Source of the DNA: Malacoraja senta
Lineage: Eukaryota
Length of the DNA: 64,000 nucleotides
Reading direction: 5' to 3'
Assembly: GCA_038087875.1 (NCBI GenBank)
Contig: CM075993.1
Span: 6,884,001 to 6,948,000 of the forward strand
Both the position numbers and the translations under genes were made by a program. The notes below the pieces were generated by a model. It was not told the origin of the DNA, searched no databases, and worked only from the letters and a program-made list of their open reading frames with translations. The first letter of the stretch is position 1. Each line of letters begins with the position of its first letter. Below are positions 1 to 12,987 of this stretch, piece by piece.

Positions 1-84
1 ACCTGATCTTGGATATTATGCTCAAGCTCTTGCAGTGGATCTAGAAGCCACGACTGTCTGAAACCTTTCGGCCATTGATAGGCC

Positions 85-445
85 ATCAAATAGTGAAAGG
101 GCTGGATAGAGTGAATGTGGAGAGGATGTTTCCACTAGTGGGAGAGTCTAGGACCAGAGGCCATAGCCTCAGAATAAAAAGACGTACCTTCAGAAAGGAG
201 GAATTTCTTTAGTCAGAGGGTGGTGAATCTGTGGAATTCTTTGCCACAGAAGGCTGTGAAGGCAAAGTCAGTGGACATTTTTAAGGTGGAGATAGATAGA
301 TTCTTGATTAGTGCGGGTGTCAGGGGTTATGGGGAGAAGGCAGGAGAATGGGGTTGAGAGGGAAAGATAGATCAGCCATGATTGAATGGGCCAAATGGCC
401 TACTTGATGGGCCAAATGGCCTACTTGTGCTGTTAGAACTTATGA
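85..445 (+). mobile_element. CR1-clade LINE 3' fragment
   Basis: Degenerate GLDRVNVERMFPLVGESRTRGHSLRIK / FSQRVVNLWNSLPQKAV, the C-terminus of CR1 ORF2; recurs many times in the window. Confidence 0.85.
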
Positions 446-504
446 ACATAAGAATTTGTATGGTTTGGGTGTCATGAGAGGTAACATTACTTGACCTATA
501 TGTG

Positions 505-805
505 CGGCACGGTGGCACAGCGGTAGAGTTGCTGCCTTACAGAGCTTACAGCGCCGTAGACCCTGGTTCGATCCTGACTATGGGTCTATCTATACGGCGT
601 TTGTACGTTCTCCCCATGACCGCGTGGGTTTTCTCCAAGATCTTCCGTTTCCTCCCACACTCCAAAGACGTGCAGGTTTGCAGCTTAATTACCTTGGTAT
701 GAATGTAATTTGTCCTTAGTGTTAATGTGCGGGGATCGCTGGTCGGCACGGACTCGGTGGGCCGAAGAGCCTGATTCCGCGCTGTATCTCTAAACTAAAC
801 TAAAC
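505..805 (+). mobile_element. tRNA-derived SINE (V-SINE/HE1-like), full length
   Basis: Pol III A box TGGCACAGCGG, B box GTTCGATCC, conserved core, (TAAAC)n tail; about 15 related copies in the window. Confidence 0.85.
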
Positions 806-1380
806 CATGTCTTCAGCGACGCTTGGAATTGTTGATCCATATCAAGCGTTTCAGCCTGGTTGATAATTTTACCGTTTGAAAAGGTCTGCCTGGTAATCAG
901 ACTCTTCTTTGTGGCTGGATGGACGTAAGCAGTTACCTGCGTAAGCAATGACCTCATTTGCCAGAAGTGTACACAGCCTTGAGAGGGAGGAAACCTGAGC
1001 CTCTTGACCTCATGCCGTGGACAGCTGCCTCTCCATCGGACCAACAGCGAGACGCGGGATGGAAATATGGAAAAGTACTTGCAGCTCGAGATCAAAGGCT
1101 CTGAGGGTTTAAATAGATGCGGGCACACTGGGGATGGCCGTTCTCTCATGGGATCTGTTGACCTGCCAGGGATTAAAAAGGCCAGAATCTGTTGGAACTA
1201 TTTGAAGTAAACTATTGTGTTTGTGATTCGGAAAATGGCTTGCACTACACCATAAATGTGTACGATTTCTGTCGGGCTGTGACCAGTGAATCGGCCATTA
1301 GCGTGGCCTTATCCCAACTCAGACAACGGGCTGTCCAGTGATGATTCTTGCTGCAATGTGGAAGGAAGCTGATGAGCCGT

Positions 1381-2105
1381 GAGCTTTAGACTTTTGAGAT
1401 ACAGCGCAGAAACAGGCCATTTGGCCCAGCGATCCCCGTATACTCCTTCTATCCCACACACTAACTGTCACTGTATGTCGTTGTCACTTGTGGGCGGAGC
1501 ACCAAGGCAAATTCCTTGTATGTGAATGCTTGGCCAATAAACTTATTCATTCATTCATCCGACATACTAGGGACAATTTTACAGAAGCCAATTAACCTGG
1601 AGACCTGCACATCTTTGGGATGTTGGAGGAAACAGGAGCACCCTGAGGAAACACATGCAAGTCACAGGGAGACCGGACAAACTCCACACAGACAGCACCC
1701 ATAGTCTGGATCGAACCTGGGTCTCTGGCCCTGTAATGGCCCTGTCCCAAGATGCGAGTTTATTCAAGAGCTTTTCCGAGTTTAAAAAAAAATCAAACTC
1801 GTGGTAAGCACGGAGAATTAACGTAGCAGGTACGTGGGAGCTCGGGGACGCCTCTTAGCGGCTCGTAACGCTAACGGCAGGTACTCGGGAAGACTCGCTA
1901 ATGGCAAGTAAGCACGGGAAGACTCGTGAAGATTTTTCAACATGTTGAAAAATGTCCACGAGAGCCCCGAGTACCGGCGAGCGGCCATTACCGTAAATCT
2001 CCGAGTTCAAATCAAGGCAAACTCGGGAGAACTCTTTGAATGAACTCGTACAGTGGGACAGGGCTTTAAGGCAGCAACTCTACCACTGTGCCACCATGCC
2101 GCCCT
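1381..2105 (-). mobile_element. V-SINE-like copy interrupted by a short LINE-tail insertion (about 1462-1557) and a MITE (1737-2066)
   Basis: SINE sequence resumes on both sides of each insert. Confidence 0.8.
1737..2066. mobile_element. MITE with GGCCCTGTCCCA-type TIRs
   Basis: TGGCCCTGTCCCA...TGGGACAGGGCTT flanked by TAA on both sides; removing it restores the SINE sequence ctgtaaggcagc. Confidence 0.85.
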
Positions 2106-2328
2106 GACTGATTTGGCATTGGAGGGGAGGGGAGCAGTTGATCCGGGATCAACCAAAATTCAGTTGCTGATTCCCTTGGCCAATGCAAAAATAATTATAG
2201 TTTTATTTTATACCAGATAAGTTTCAAATTTTGCAGAACTAAATATTTCAGTTCCCAAATGATTGAATTAATCCATAGATCTCTCTGTCACTGATTTAAA
2301 CATGGTGCCCGGTAACTTCAATTGCAAG

Positions 2329-2457
2329 TCTGAAGAAGGGTCTCGGCCTGAAATGTCGCCCGTTCCTTCTCTCCAGAGATGCAGCCTGTCCCGCTGAGTT
2401 GCTCCAGCATTTTGTGATTGTCTTCGATTTAAACCTGCGTCTGCAGTTCTTTCCTAC
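2329..2457 (+). mobile_element. Penelope-like terminal fragment
   Basis: CTGAAGAAGGGTC...CTGCAGTTCTTTCCTACAC end motif; 14-bp duplication acttcaattgcaag at 2315-2328 and 2458-2471. Confidence 0.75.
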
Positions 2458-2967
2458 ACTTCAATTGCAAGCATTTGTTCAGGAATTATGCAATGTATTA
2501 AGCATGATTATGACTATGCTGGGGTCACATGGAAAATCTGATCAAGGATGTTCAGTTCTGAGTCATCCTCACAACCACATTGCAACTTCCCCAACTGAGC
2601 CACGTGGGATGAGCTCATTCCCTGTGCAACATTACCTCACGTTTTGTAACACTCTTTCCTATTTACCGCCTCATTGCCCTTCCTCTCCTCCTGCCATTGC
2701 GATACAGCAGTCTACTCACCCCAGTCCCGTGGTGCATCCAGGCTTCTGATCCACCTTAATAATGTATGGCTGCAACTGCCAATAAAGGTCCCCCATCTTG
2801 AAATAAGCAGCTCCTCTCCTCACCCTTCCTCCAGTTGCCAGGGGACTGGTTCCAGTTTCTTCCAACCCTATCCCCAACGCTTCGTCCCAACATGAGGTTA
2901 GTACCAGTCAATTCCCAATTCCATCCCCCTTCACAAAATAGAGGCCTTTAAGGTCCCTTGCACCATT

Positions 2968-3282
2968 GTGTAGGAAAGAACTGGTTTAAATCGAAAGTGG
3001 ACACAAACTGCTGGTGTAAGTCAGCAGAACAGGCAGCATCTCTGGAGAGAAGGAATCGGTGACGTTTCTGAGGTCGAGTCCCTTCTTCAGACTGATGTCA
3101 GAGGATTTTCCTTGATCTCCATTCCCTTTGTCCAATTTTCACACATTACACTTCCTTATCTATCTCTCTCCCTCTGCCCTGACATCAGTCTGAAGAAGGG
3201 TCCCGACCCAAAATGTCACCCATTCCTTTTCTCCAGAGATGCTGCCTGTCCCGCTGAGTTACTCCAGCATTTTGTGTCTCCT
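2968..3282. mobile_element. Penelope-like inverted terminal pair
   Basis: The same end motif in both orientations. Confidence 0.7.
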
Positions 3283-5435
3283 TGCACCATTACCACACGT
3301 CTATTTTCTCCCCCCTTCATAAGGTCATAAGTGATAGGAGTAGAATTAGGCCATATGGCCCATCAAGTCTACTCCGCCATTCAATCGTGGCTGATCTATC
3401 TCTCCCTCCTAACCCCATTCTCCTGCCTTCTCCCCACAACCCCTGACACCCATACTAATCAAGAATCTATCAATCTCTGCCTTAAAAATATCCATTGACT
3501 TGGCCTCCATGGCCTTCTGTGGCAAAGAAGTCCACAGATTCACCACCTTCATGCATAAGGAGACACAAAGTGTAGCTTAAGTTCTCAGTCCAAAGACTCA
3601 ACTACCATCTCGGGTACATCTGGGCTTTTAGCTGAACTCCCTGTTCCTGCCCCAGGAGAGAAGGACCATGTGCCATGTGCCATATTCTGAACATATGCGG
3701 CCTAACGTTTCTGAACGCTTGGGGTGAATTCGAATTTCTAAGCCGGAGTGTCCCTCATCCCGTCAATACTTTGGAAACAAGAAAGGAGAAAGCGGACTTT
3801 GTAAAAGTATGCAATAACATCAGGAAGCAAATTACACGAAATGGGTTGAAAATAACATACAAGGTTCTTAAAATACAAGGCCCTGCTATGCCACCTCACA
3901 ACCAAATTTGGTTTAAATTCAGCCCTCCTTAGCAGTGGGACTTGCCTGTACAGGAATACACATCTGATGAAGATTCCACTAGCAGGGAGAAAATAAACAG
4001 ACCTGGGGAGATCTAAAATATAGATACAAATGCTGGAGTCTTCTTCTTACGTATGGCATGCACAGTCTAAAGTTGTAGGACAACTAGTTCTATTTGATTG
4101 ATTGCATTCATCGAAACAGGGCGACCACGTGAAGGTTGCAATCTCACACCCCAATGCTGGAGTAACTCTGGGTCAAGCAGCATTTCTGGAGAAAATAAAT
4201 AGGTGACTTTCAGTCCGAAGAAGGGTCTCAACCTAAGACGTCACCTATTTCTTTTCTCCAGAGATGGGTGAGTTACTCCAGCATTTAGTATCTATATTTT
4301 AGATCTCCCCAGTTGTATCTGAGTTGCGTTTATTTTCACCATGGAGAATGATTGAGACATTAAAAAAATGTGTGAAAGATAATGGAAATTTGTGCTGCTT
4401 TTCTTGTTAGTTTTACACCTTCTCCCAAAGGTGGGGTCGAGGGGCAGAGGTACAGCATGGAAATAGGTACTTCGGCCCACAGAGTCTGCATCGACCAGCG
4501 ATCACCCACTAGTTCTATCCTGCAGCACTAGGGACAATTTTACAGAAACCAATTCACCTACAAACCTGCACGTCTTTGGAATGTGTGAGGAAACCGGAGC
4601 TCCCGGAGAGAACCCACGCGGTCTCAGGGAGAACGTGCAAACTCCGTACAGACAGCACATGTAGTCAGGGTCATGGCCGGGTCTCTGGTGCCGTAAGGCA
4701 GCAACTCCACCGCTGCCCCTACTGTACGTGCCATCACCGAAACATTATTTAAAAAAATATCTATGAAAAATATCTATAAAATATCTATGGTTTTTTAATA
4801 TCTATAAAATATCTATGGGGTTTTTTCCTCCCACAAATATGCAATATGTGAGTGTGTTTCTGTTCCATTCTGTTTTGTCGTTTTTTTGCACAATCCACAA
4901 GCATTTCCACTTTTCATTTCACTGCACATCTCGTATGTGTATATGACGAATAAACTTGACTTGACTTGACTTGACTTGTGAGGACCGGTTATAAAAGACA
5001 TAAAGAACCGGCTCAGATAATCTACATCCGGGCATCACTGGTAAAAGTGAGCGCGTGCGGTGAAACCTTCAGCATGCATCATTGCATCATTCATTGCATC
5101 GGTTCATTCCCCTAGATTCTCTCAGTCCCCTACCCTTGCTGCCACCTTGCATTACAATAGAAGGTCATTCAAATCCTTCCTACATCCTTCCCTGGAAGAC
5201 ATGGAAATTGGTGGCATTGTGGATAGTGAGGTTGTCAAAGGATACAGCACAATATGGATCAGTTGGAAATTTGGCCAGAGAAATCGTAGACGGCATTTAA
5301 TCCAACCAACCCTGGCAATAGATTTTCAAGGATTGTTCCTGGTTTCCCTTCATGGCATTCCTTGTGGGTATTATGACTAATTATCTCTTATTATCCTGTG
5401 AGTGGGTCTATGATGTGCTTCCTCAATCCTCTCTG

Positions 5436-5752
5436 GTTTACTTTAGTTTAGAGATACAGCGCGGAAACAGGCCTTCGGCCCACCAGGTCTGCGCGAACAG
5501 CGATCCCCGCACATTAACACTATCCTACACACACGAGGGACAATTTACATTTACACAAAGCCAATTTACCTACATACCTGTACGCCTTTGGAGTGTGGGA
5601 GGAAACCGAAGATCTCGGAGAAAACCCACGCAGGTCACGGGGAGAAGGTACAAACTCCGTACAGACAGCACACGTAGTCGGGATTGAACCCGGGTCTCCG
5701 GCGCTGCAAGCGCTGTAATGCAGCAACTCTACCGCTGCGCCACCGTGCCGCA
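5436..5752 (-). mobile_element. V-SINE/HE1-like SINE
   Basis: Reverse complement of the 505-805 element. Confidence 0.85.
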
Positions 5753-6129
5753 CTAAATTCTATGAGTGCATTATACGCTGATTCTATTCCTGGGATGTGT
5801 AACCCGATGGTGCATTTGAATCATTACTCTGAGTGTTCTGTTTAGTCTGTGAGCTTCGTGTGAACAAGGAATTTAATTGCCCGACAAGAAATTCGAATGG
5901 AAATAATTAAAAAAAATAATAAGATCAATGCAAAAATGATTAACTGTTGGTTATGATAAAGGCCATCAAAATATTAACTGCGATTGTGTTTCTAGAGCTG
6001 CAGCTGGGAGTCTGCACGAGTTTTTGCTCCAATTTCCAGTTTCCAGTATATGGAATATTTTGTTGTTTAAACATTTTTAAACTGACCATCTTTTGTAAGG
6101 AAAAAGATGCATGAGTCATGTATTTTGGT

Positions 6130-6960
6130 TGTCGGAATGAAGGCGTAGACTATTTTCCAAATGGGGAGAGTATCCAGAAATCGGAGGTACAAAGAGACTT
6201 GGGAGTGGTGGTGCAGGATTTGCAAGTCTAATCAGTAATAAAGAAGGCAAATGCAATGCTAGTATTTATTTCAAGAGCACTAGAATAGAAAAACAGGGAT
6301 GTAATGCTGAGGCTCTATAACACGCTGGTCGGATCGCATTTGGAGTATTGTGAGCAATTTTGTGCCCCATATCTGAGGAAGGATATTCTGGCTCAGGAGA
6401 GGGTCCGGAGCAGGTTTACAAGAATAATCCCAAGAAAGAGTGGGTTAACATATGATGAGCGTTTGACGGTACTGGGCAGCTAGTCACTGGACTTTAGAAG
6501 GATGAGAGGGGCCTCATTGAAACTTGTCAAGTAGTGAAAGGCTTGGACAGAGTGAACGTGGAGAGGATGTTTCCACTAGTGGGAGAGTCTAGGACCAGAG
6601 GTCATAGCCTCAGAATAAAAGGACTTTCCTTTAGGAAGGAGATGAGGAGAAATGTATTTAGTCAGAGGATGGTGAATCTGTGGAATTCTTTGCCACAGAA
6701 GGCTGTGGAGACAGAGGTGGATAGATTCTTGATTAGTACGGGTGTCAGGAGTTATGGGGAGAAGGCAGGAGAATGAGGGAGAGATAGAACAGCCATGATT
6801 AAATAGGACTAAGAGCTAGATAGGGCTCTTAGAGTCAGTGGATATGGGTAGGTCAGGAACGGGGTACTGATTGGGGATGATCAGCCATGATCACATTGAA
6901 TGGCAGTGCTGGCTGGAAGGGCCAAATGGCCTACTCCTGCACCTATTGTCTATTTTATTT
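6130..6960 (+). mobile_element. Older CR1-clade LINE 3' fragments
   Basis: Decayed ORF2 (QRDLGV...LYxxLVRxHLEYC...NLWNSLPQKAVE) with stops. Confidence 0.85.
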
Positions 6961-7140
6961 TCTATTTTTATTTGATTTAAATGGCAGAATAGGCTTGATG
7001 GGCGGAATGGCCTAATTTTGCTCCTATCACTCGTAACCTCGTGACCTTATGCACGTGAGGTAATTGACGGTGACTGATGTCTTTCAGGATGCTGCCAGTG
7101 TTCGGGGTCCCACTGAATGATTTGTTGTTTTGTACCACAG

Positions 7141-7290
7141 ACATGGGGAAGGATCGGCTGATTACTGGCAAGCAGGTGATGGAGATCAGACACACACTGA
7201 AGGAACGCCGCGCTCTGACAGACGAGGTCTGTGCTTCTGGATACACAGCGCAACTCCAAGTGCGGAATCAACGTTGGAGCCTGGCCAATG
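7141..7290 (+). CDS. malt3: MALT1-family paracaspase (probably PCASP3), internal exon: end of caspase-like domain and linker helix
   Basis: Acceptor ttttgtaccacag, donor gtaaga, 150 nt, phase 1-1. Peptide DMGKDRLITGKQVMEIRHTLKERRALTDEVCASGYTAQLQVRNQRWSLAN parallels recalled human MALT1 DMGKCHLTKGKQALEIRSSLSEKRALTDPIQ...VRNLQWAKAH. Family is secure; paralogue assignment is inference. Confidence 0.9.
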
Positions 7291-7552
7291 GTAAGATGCC
7301 CAGCCTCAGCCTCGTTACAGGAAATACTATCCAAAAACAATCGGCAATGTTGTCTGAAGTAACTCCAATATCTCCCTTGTATTTACAATCCTCCATCATC
7401 GGATCTAGAGCTCTGTTATAATGGTGTGGGCTTTATTACTCTGGAAAGGCCTGCGTAGCGTGGATGTGGAGAGGATGTTTCCACTTGTGGGAGAGTCTAG
7501 GACTAGTGTTCATATTCCTCAAAATAAAAGGACGTATCAACAATCAACTCCT

Positions 7553-8171
7553 ATTTGAGTATAGGAGCAGGGAGGTTCTACTGCAGTTGTATAGGGTCTT
7601 GGTGAGACCACACCTGGAGTATTGCCTACAGTTTTGGTCTCCAAATCTGAGGAAGGACATTATAGCCATAGAGGGAGTGCAGAGAAGGTTCACCAGACTG
7701 ATTCCTGGGATGTCAGGACTTTCATATGAAGAAAGACTGGATAGACTTGGCTTATACTCGCTAGAATTTAGGAGATTGAGAGGGGATCTTATAGAAACGT
7801 ACAAAATTCTTATGGGGTTGGACAGGCTAGATGCAGGAAGATTGTTCCCGATGTTGGGGAAGTCCAGGACAAGGGGTCACAGCTTAAGGATAAGGGGGAA
7901 ATCCTTTAAGACCGAGATGAGGAAAAACTTTTTCACACAGAGAGTGGTGAATCTCTGGAACTCTCTGCCACAGAGGGTAGTTGAGGCCAGTTCATTGGCT
8001 ATATTTAAGAGGGAGTTAGATGTGGCCCTTGTGGCTAAAGGGATCAGGGGGTATGGAGAGAAGGCAGGTACGGGATACTGAGTTGGAAGATCAGCCATGA
8101 TCATATTGAATGGCGGTGCAGGCTCGAAGGGCCGAATGGCCTACTCCTGCACCTATTTTCTATGTATCTAT
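7553..8171 (+). mobile_element. Young CR1-clade LINE, 5'-truncated, nested in an older CR1
   Basis: Open ORF2 C-terminus (LYRVLVRPHLEYC...GYGEKAGTGY); near-identical to copies at 10762, 39709 and 60637; (TTTCTATG)n-type tail. Confidence 0.92.
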
Positions 8172-8400
8172 GTATCTTTAGAAAGGTGATGAGGAGGAAT
8201 TTCTTTCGTCAGAGAGTGGTGAATCTGTAGAATTCATTGCCACAGTCGGCGGTGGAGGTCAAGTCAATGGATAGTTTTAAGGCGAAGATTGATGAGTTCT
8301 TGATTAGTACGGGTGTCAGGGGTTATGGGGAGAAGGCAGGGAAATTGGATTGAGAGGGAAAGATAGATTAGCCTGATTGAATGGCGGAGTAGATTTGATG

Positions 8401-8713
8401 CTCCCCGTTGGATTGCAACCTTGTCGTGGTCGGGGAGCTTGTGTGTCTCAGTGACCCCTAGAGCTATGCCAGCGGGAGATTCGTCTCCTGTTAGGGTCTC
8501 CCATGCTGGACAGGTCGAAGGGTAGAGGCGAGACAAAGAGCGAACCACTGGTCCTCCAGGTTGGAGGTTGAGCACAGGGCGAACAACCCTGCCTCGTAAA
8601 CCAAATATGTTACGGAAACAGCAACTGAAGGAATCAACACTACTGAGTGGAGGACCTTTGTTGCTGCCCTACATGCCAGGAGGCATAATAGGCAGTAAGT
8701 AAATAAGTTAGTA
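8401..8713 (+). mobile_element. Bipartite non-autonomous RTE-derived element
   Basis: RTE-type 5' motif CCTTGTCGTGG...GAGCTATGCC joined to an RTE 3' end (WRTFVAALHARRHN) and (TAAG)n tail; 13-bp TSD agtaga(t/c)ttgatg at 8388-8400 and 8714-8726. Confidence 0.8.
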
Positions 8714-9384
8714 AGTAGACTTGATGGGCCGAATGGCCTAATTCTACTCCTACAACTTATCAACTTATGAAAGCAAGTTTTTGGCCACTGATGAGATCAT
8801 CCTCAAATCTAATATAGAAATCAATACTATCCCAATTTGGAACTATTTTGCACATCGACACCAATAGCCACAAGCCCATACTTTTTGAGTCTACCTTTCC
8901 CACCATCCAGTGTTTGGTGAAATTGGAAGTGCAGAACATTGTCTTCCTCCCTCTGTAACCTGCAGCCGTGTAATCCCCTCATTGTATCAGATTGCAGATC
9001 TCTGTTATTCGTTACTTGTCACCTGCCGGCTTAGCCTTGATCCTTGCAGGTCCAAAGCACGTGAATTCCTTTTTATGAACACTATGATAGTATTCCTGTG
9101 AAACACCCAAGAACATATCTGTCGTTTGAAGTGGAATAAGTTAATTAACTTCTCAGTTGTCCACCATCTTGCCACCAATTGCCACAGACGGCTGTGGAGG
9201 CCAAGTCAGTGGATATTTTTATGGCAGAGATTGATAGATTCGTGATTAGGACGGGTGTCAGAGGTTATGGGGAGAAGGCAGGAGAATGGGTTAAGAGGGA
9301 GAGATAGATCAACCATGATTGAATGGTGGAGTAGATTTGTTGGACCGAATGGCCTAATTCTGCTCGTATCATGTTTGACCGGTG

Positions 9385-9703
9385 GGCGGCACGGTGGTGC
9401 AGGGGTAGAGTTGCTGCCATACAGCGCTTGCAGCACCGCAGACCCGGGTTCGACCCCGGTTACGTGTGCTGTCTGTACGGAGTTTGTACGTTCTCCTCGT
9501 GGCCGCGTAGGGTTTTTTCCGAGATCTTCAGTTTCTTCCCACACTCCGAAGACGTACAGGTTTGTAAGTTAATTGGCTTGGTAAATGTAAAAATTGTCCC
9601 TAGTGTGTGTTGGATAGTGTTAGTGTACTGGGATCGTTGGTTGGTGCTGACACGGTGGGCCGAAGGGCCTGTTTCCGTGTTGTATCTCTAAACTAAACTA
9701 AAC
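9385..9703 (+). mobile_element. V-SINE/HE1-like SINE
   Basis: A/B boxes, core and (TAAAC)n tail. Confidence 0.85.
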
Positions 9704-9806
9704 TTATGAACTAATCTCCCCACTGCATCATAAGCTGATGACAACAACTCTACAGTATATAGTAGATGAGCTGTAGCCTAATGTTTCTCTTGGTGTGTCT
9801 TGGCAG

Positions 9807-9961
9807 AGCTGCCCGCGAGGAAGACCATTCGCTTTCCCTGCGGAGTGGAGATTGAGCTGAGCTGCAGTGCCGTTTTCTCAAATGTGATGACAATCTATGT
9901 CAACATCAAAGCGAAACCTTCCCAGGTGTTAGAGTGCAAAGTGTCCCTGCAGAAACCAAAG
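9807..9961 (+). CDS. malt3: MALT1-family paracaspase, Ig3 domain exon
   Basis: Acceptor tgtcttggcag, donor gtgagt, phase 1-0. ELPARKTIRFPCGVEIELSCSAVFSNVMTIYVNIKAKPSQVLECKVSLQKPK matches MALT1 ELPESMCLKFDCGVQIQLGFAAEFSNVMIIY. Confidence 0.92.
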
Positions 9962-10182
9962 GTGAGTGGCTGCAATGCAGGGCCCGATCCAATGGGTCTG
10001 TGGTCAAACATTTAGTGGGCAGGAAGGAACTGCCGTGGTGGTTTAAACCGAAGGCAGTCACAAAGAGCTGGAGTAACTCAGCGGGACAGGCAGCATCTCT
10101 GGAGAGAAGGAAAAGGACCAAGTCCACGCTGACCATCGATCACCACACACTAGTTCTATCCTACACACTCAGGACAATTGAC

Positions 10183-10506
10183 AGAAACATAGAAACATAG
10201 AAAATAGGTGCAGGAGTAGGCCATTCGGCCCTTCGAGCCTGCACCGCCATCCAATATGATCATGGCTGATCATCCAACTCAGTATCCTGTACCTGTCTTC
10301 TCTCCATACCCACTGATCCCTTTAGCCACAAGGGCCACATCTAACTCGCTCTTAAATATAGCCAATGAACTGGCCTCAACTACTTTCTGTGGCAGAGAAT
10401 TCCACAGATTCACCACTCTGTGTGTGAAAAAAAAAATTATCATCTCAGTCTTAAACGACTTCCCCCTTATCCTTAAACTGTGACCACTAGTTCTGGACTT
10501 CCCCAA
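10183..10506 (-). mobile_element. Young CR1 3' end inserted in a SINE (about 10115-10690)
   Basis: Reverse complement of the 7553 family; SINE sequence flanks both sides. Confidence 0.88.
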
Positions 10507-10761
10507 AGAAGGCGATTAACCTACAAACCCGCAAGTCTTTGGAATGTGGTTGGAAATGAGAGCACCCGGAGAAAACCCACACGGTCTCAGGGAGAAGGTA
10601 CAAACTCTGTACAGACAGCGGCTGTAGTCAGGATCGAACCCGGGTCTCTGGTGCTGTAAAGCAACAACTCTATCGTTGCACCACTGAGCCGTCCATTATA
10701 AATCCCGATACTTTAGACTGACATGAGGGTTAAGCCAAGTTGGAATCTTTCATTCAGACTA

Positions 10762-11529
10762 TTATCTAAATGGTGGCCGATTAGGAAAAGGGGAGATGCA
10801 ACGAGACCTGGGTGTCATGGTACACCAGTCATTGAAAGTAGGCATGCAGGTGCAGCAGGCAGTGAAGAAAGCGAATGGTATGTTAGCATTCATAGCAAAA
10901 GGATTTGAGTATAGGAGCAGGGAGGTTCTACAGCAGTTGTACAGGGTCTTGGTGAGACCACACCTGGAGTATTGCGTACAGTTTTGTTCTCCAAATCTGA
11001 GGAAGGACATTATTGCCATAGAGGGAGTGCAGAGAAGGTTCACCAGACTGATTCCTGGGATGTCAGGACTTTCATATGAAGAAAGACTGGATAGACTCGG
11101 CTTGTACTCGCTAGAATTTAGGAGATTGAGGGGGGATCTTATAGAAACGTACAAAATTCTTAAGGGGTTGGACAGGTTAGATGCAGGAAGATTGTTCCCG
11201 ATGTTGGGGAAGTCCAGGACAAGGGGTCACAACTTAAGGATAGAGGGGAAATCCTTTAGGACCGAGATGAGAAAAACTTTTTTCACATAGGGAGTGGTGA
11301 ATCTCTGGAACTCTCTGCCACAGAAGGTAGTTGAGGCCAGTTCATTGGCTATATTTAAGAGGGAGTTAGATGTGGCCCTTGTGGCTAAAGGGATCAGGGG
11401 GTATGGAGAGAAGGCAGGTACGGGATACTGAGTTGGATGATCAGCCATGATCATATTGAATGGCGGTGCAGGCTCGAAGGGCTGAATGGCCTACTCCTGC
11501 ACCTATTTTCTATGTTTCTATGTTTCTAT
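10762..11529 (+). mobile_element. Young CR1-clade LINE, 5'-truncated
   Basis: ORF 10796-11290 QRDLGVMVHQSLK...; TTTCTATG tail. Confidence 0.92.
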
Positions 11530-11723
11530 TCATGGGTGGGTCATTTATTCAAGGAAATTAATGCCTTGTCAGCCATTATGAAGGAAAAGGATGTTTAACT
11601 TATGAACAGAAAAAAAAAGTTGGGTTGGGGAATGTGAATAAGCCTCTGATGCTTCTTTTCTGATCATGTCTGGCATTTGTTGAACGATTGTTAGAAAACT
11701 AGTAGTCTTTATATTTGTCCTAG

Positions 11724-11849
11724 GAGTTTTCAGATAGCATATCGGACCTTGATGGAGACTCGTCCCGAATCGATTCCCTGCTTTCTTCTCTCGATGACAC
11801 CCACCAGTCGGACACAACGTTGAAGCTGTGTGGCCTGCATAGACTGAAG
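11724..11849 (+). CDS. malt3: MALT1-family paracaspase, Ig3 domain exon
   Basis: Acceptor atttgtcctag, donor gtaatg, 126 nt, phase 0-0. EFSDSISDLDGDSSRIDSLLSSLDDTHQSDTTLKLCGLHRLK ends like MALT1 LYTRLSSLQKLK. Confidence 0.85.
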
Positions 11850-12821
11850 GTAATGAGAAAAAGAAGGGTGCAATGCTTGGGCACCTTCCACAAACTGCAG
11901 GGATAATGACTTTGTCTGCATGAGCAAAGATCAACAAGGCCAGGCCTGTACGTTCGTGAGTTTAGAAGAGTGAAGGATGATTTCATTGACACACACTGTA
12001 TTAATAAAGGGCTTGTCAGGGTAGAGGTGGGGTATCAGGGCTCCCTGCCTCAAAGAATCTATCTATCTCTGCCTTAAAAATATCCATTGAGGACAAGTCA
12101 ATGGATATATTTGAGGAAGAGATAGATTCTTGATTAGTACGGGTGTCAGGGGTCATGGGGAGAAGGCAGGAGAATGGGGTTAGGAGGGATAGATAGATCA
12201 GTCATGATTGAATGATGGAGTAGACTAGATGGGTCAAATGGCCTAATTCTGCTCCTATCACTTATGACCTTATGAGAGGGAAGATATTAGTTTGGACAGG
12301 TGAAGACTGAAGCTGTGTAAAACAGCCTTTAGGAATGTTGGCACACTAAAGTAGGATTCAGTTCTGCCCCATTATTGTGGGCACATGATTACAAATCTTT
12401 GTAATTAACTTTTAGCGGAAGTGTCTGTCATAACAGTGCAACATTAGCCATGATTGAATGAAGGAATAGACTTGATGGGCTGAATGGCCTAATTCAGTCC
12501 TATCACTTATGATAATATGAGGTTCAGCCATTGAAGACTGTGGTGAGAGGAAATGTGTTCATACATGACGTGGTGGATCTTTGGAATTTACTCTTCCCGA
12601 AGGCTGTGATGGTTCAGTCAATGGTTATATTTATATGATAGATGTTTTAGATATTCGAGGGATATGGGCTTTAATGCAGAAAGGTATCATGCTACTTAGA
12701 TAAAAGATCAGTGATGGTCCAACAGAATGTCAGAGCAGGTACAAGAGGCTACATGCCCAACTCCTTTCCTATGTCCCAATCCTTATATACTTGCTTTCTC
12801 AAGACAAGATAACAAATAGAC

Positions 12822-12987
12822 ATGTCGCGGGGTGACTCCTGTATGGTCGTGAGTAGTCGCCCAAAGAGTCGTGCCTTTCTCTGGTCGCCGTTGTATTTTC
12901 AACATTTTGAACATTTTCGACGACCGGCTGTGACTATGACGGGTGCCGGCAAATCGCCGGAAAAAATCGGGTAAGTGGGACAGGCCT
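12822..12987. mobile_element. Partial MITE of the CCTGTCCCA TIR group
   Basis: Ends GTGGGACAGGCC; similar to the reverse complement of 35449-35627. Confidence 0.65.

Noticed and set aside
505..580. tRNA gene
   Set aside because: The A/B boxes belong to a SINE head that continues into a SINE core and tail, with many copies.
806..7140. Further upstream paracaspase exons
   Set aside because: No segment encoding the expected preceding GIFxKxL motif or the catalytic His/Cys region was found; they probably lie before the window.
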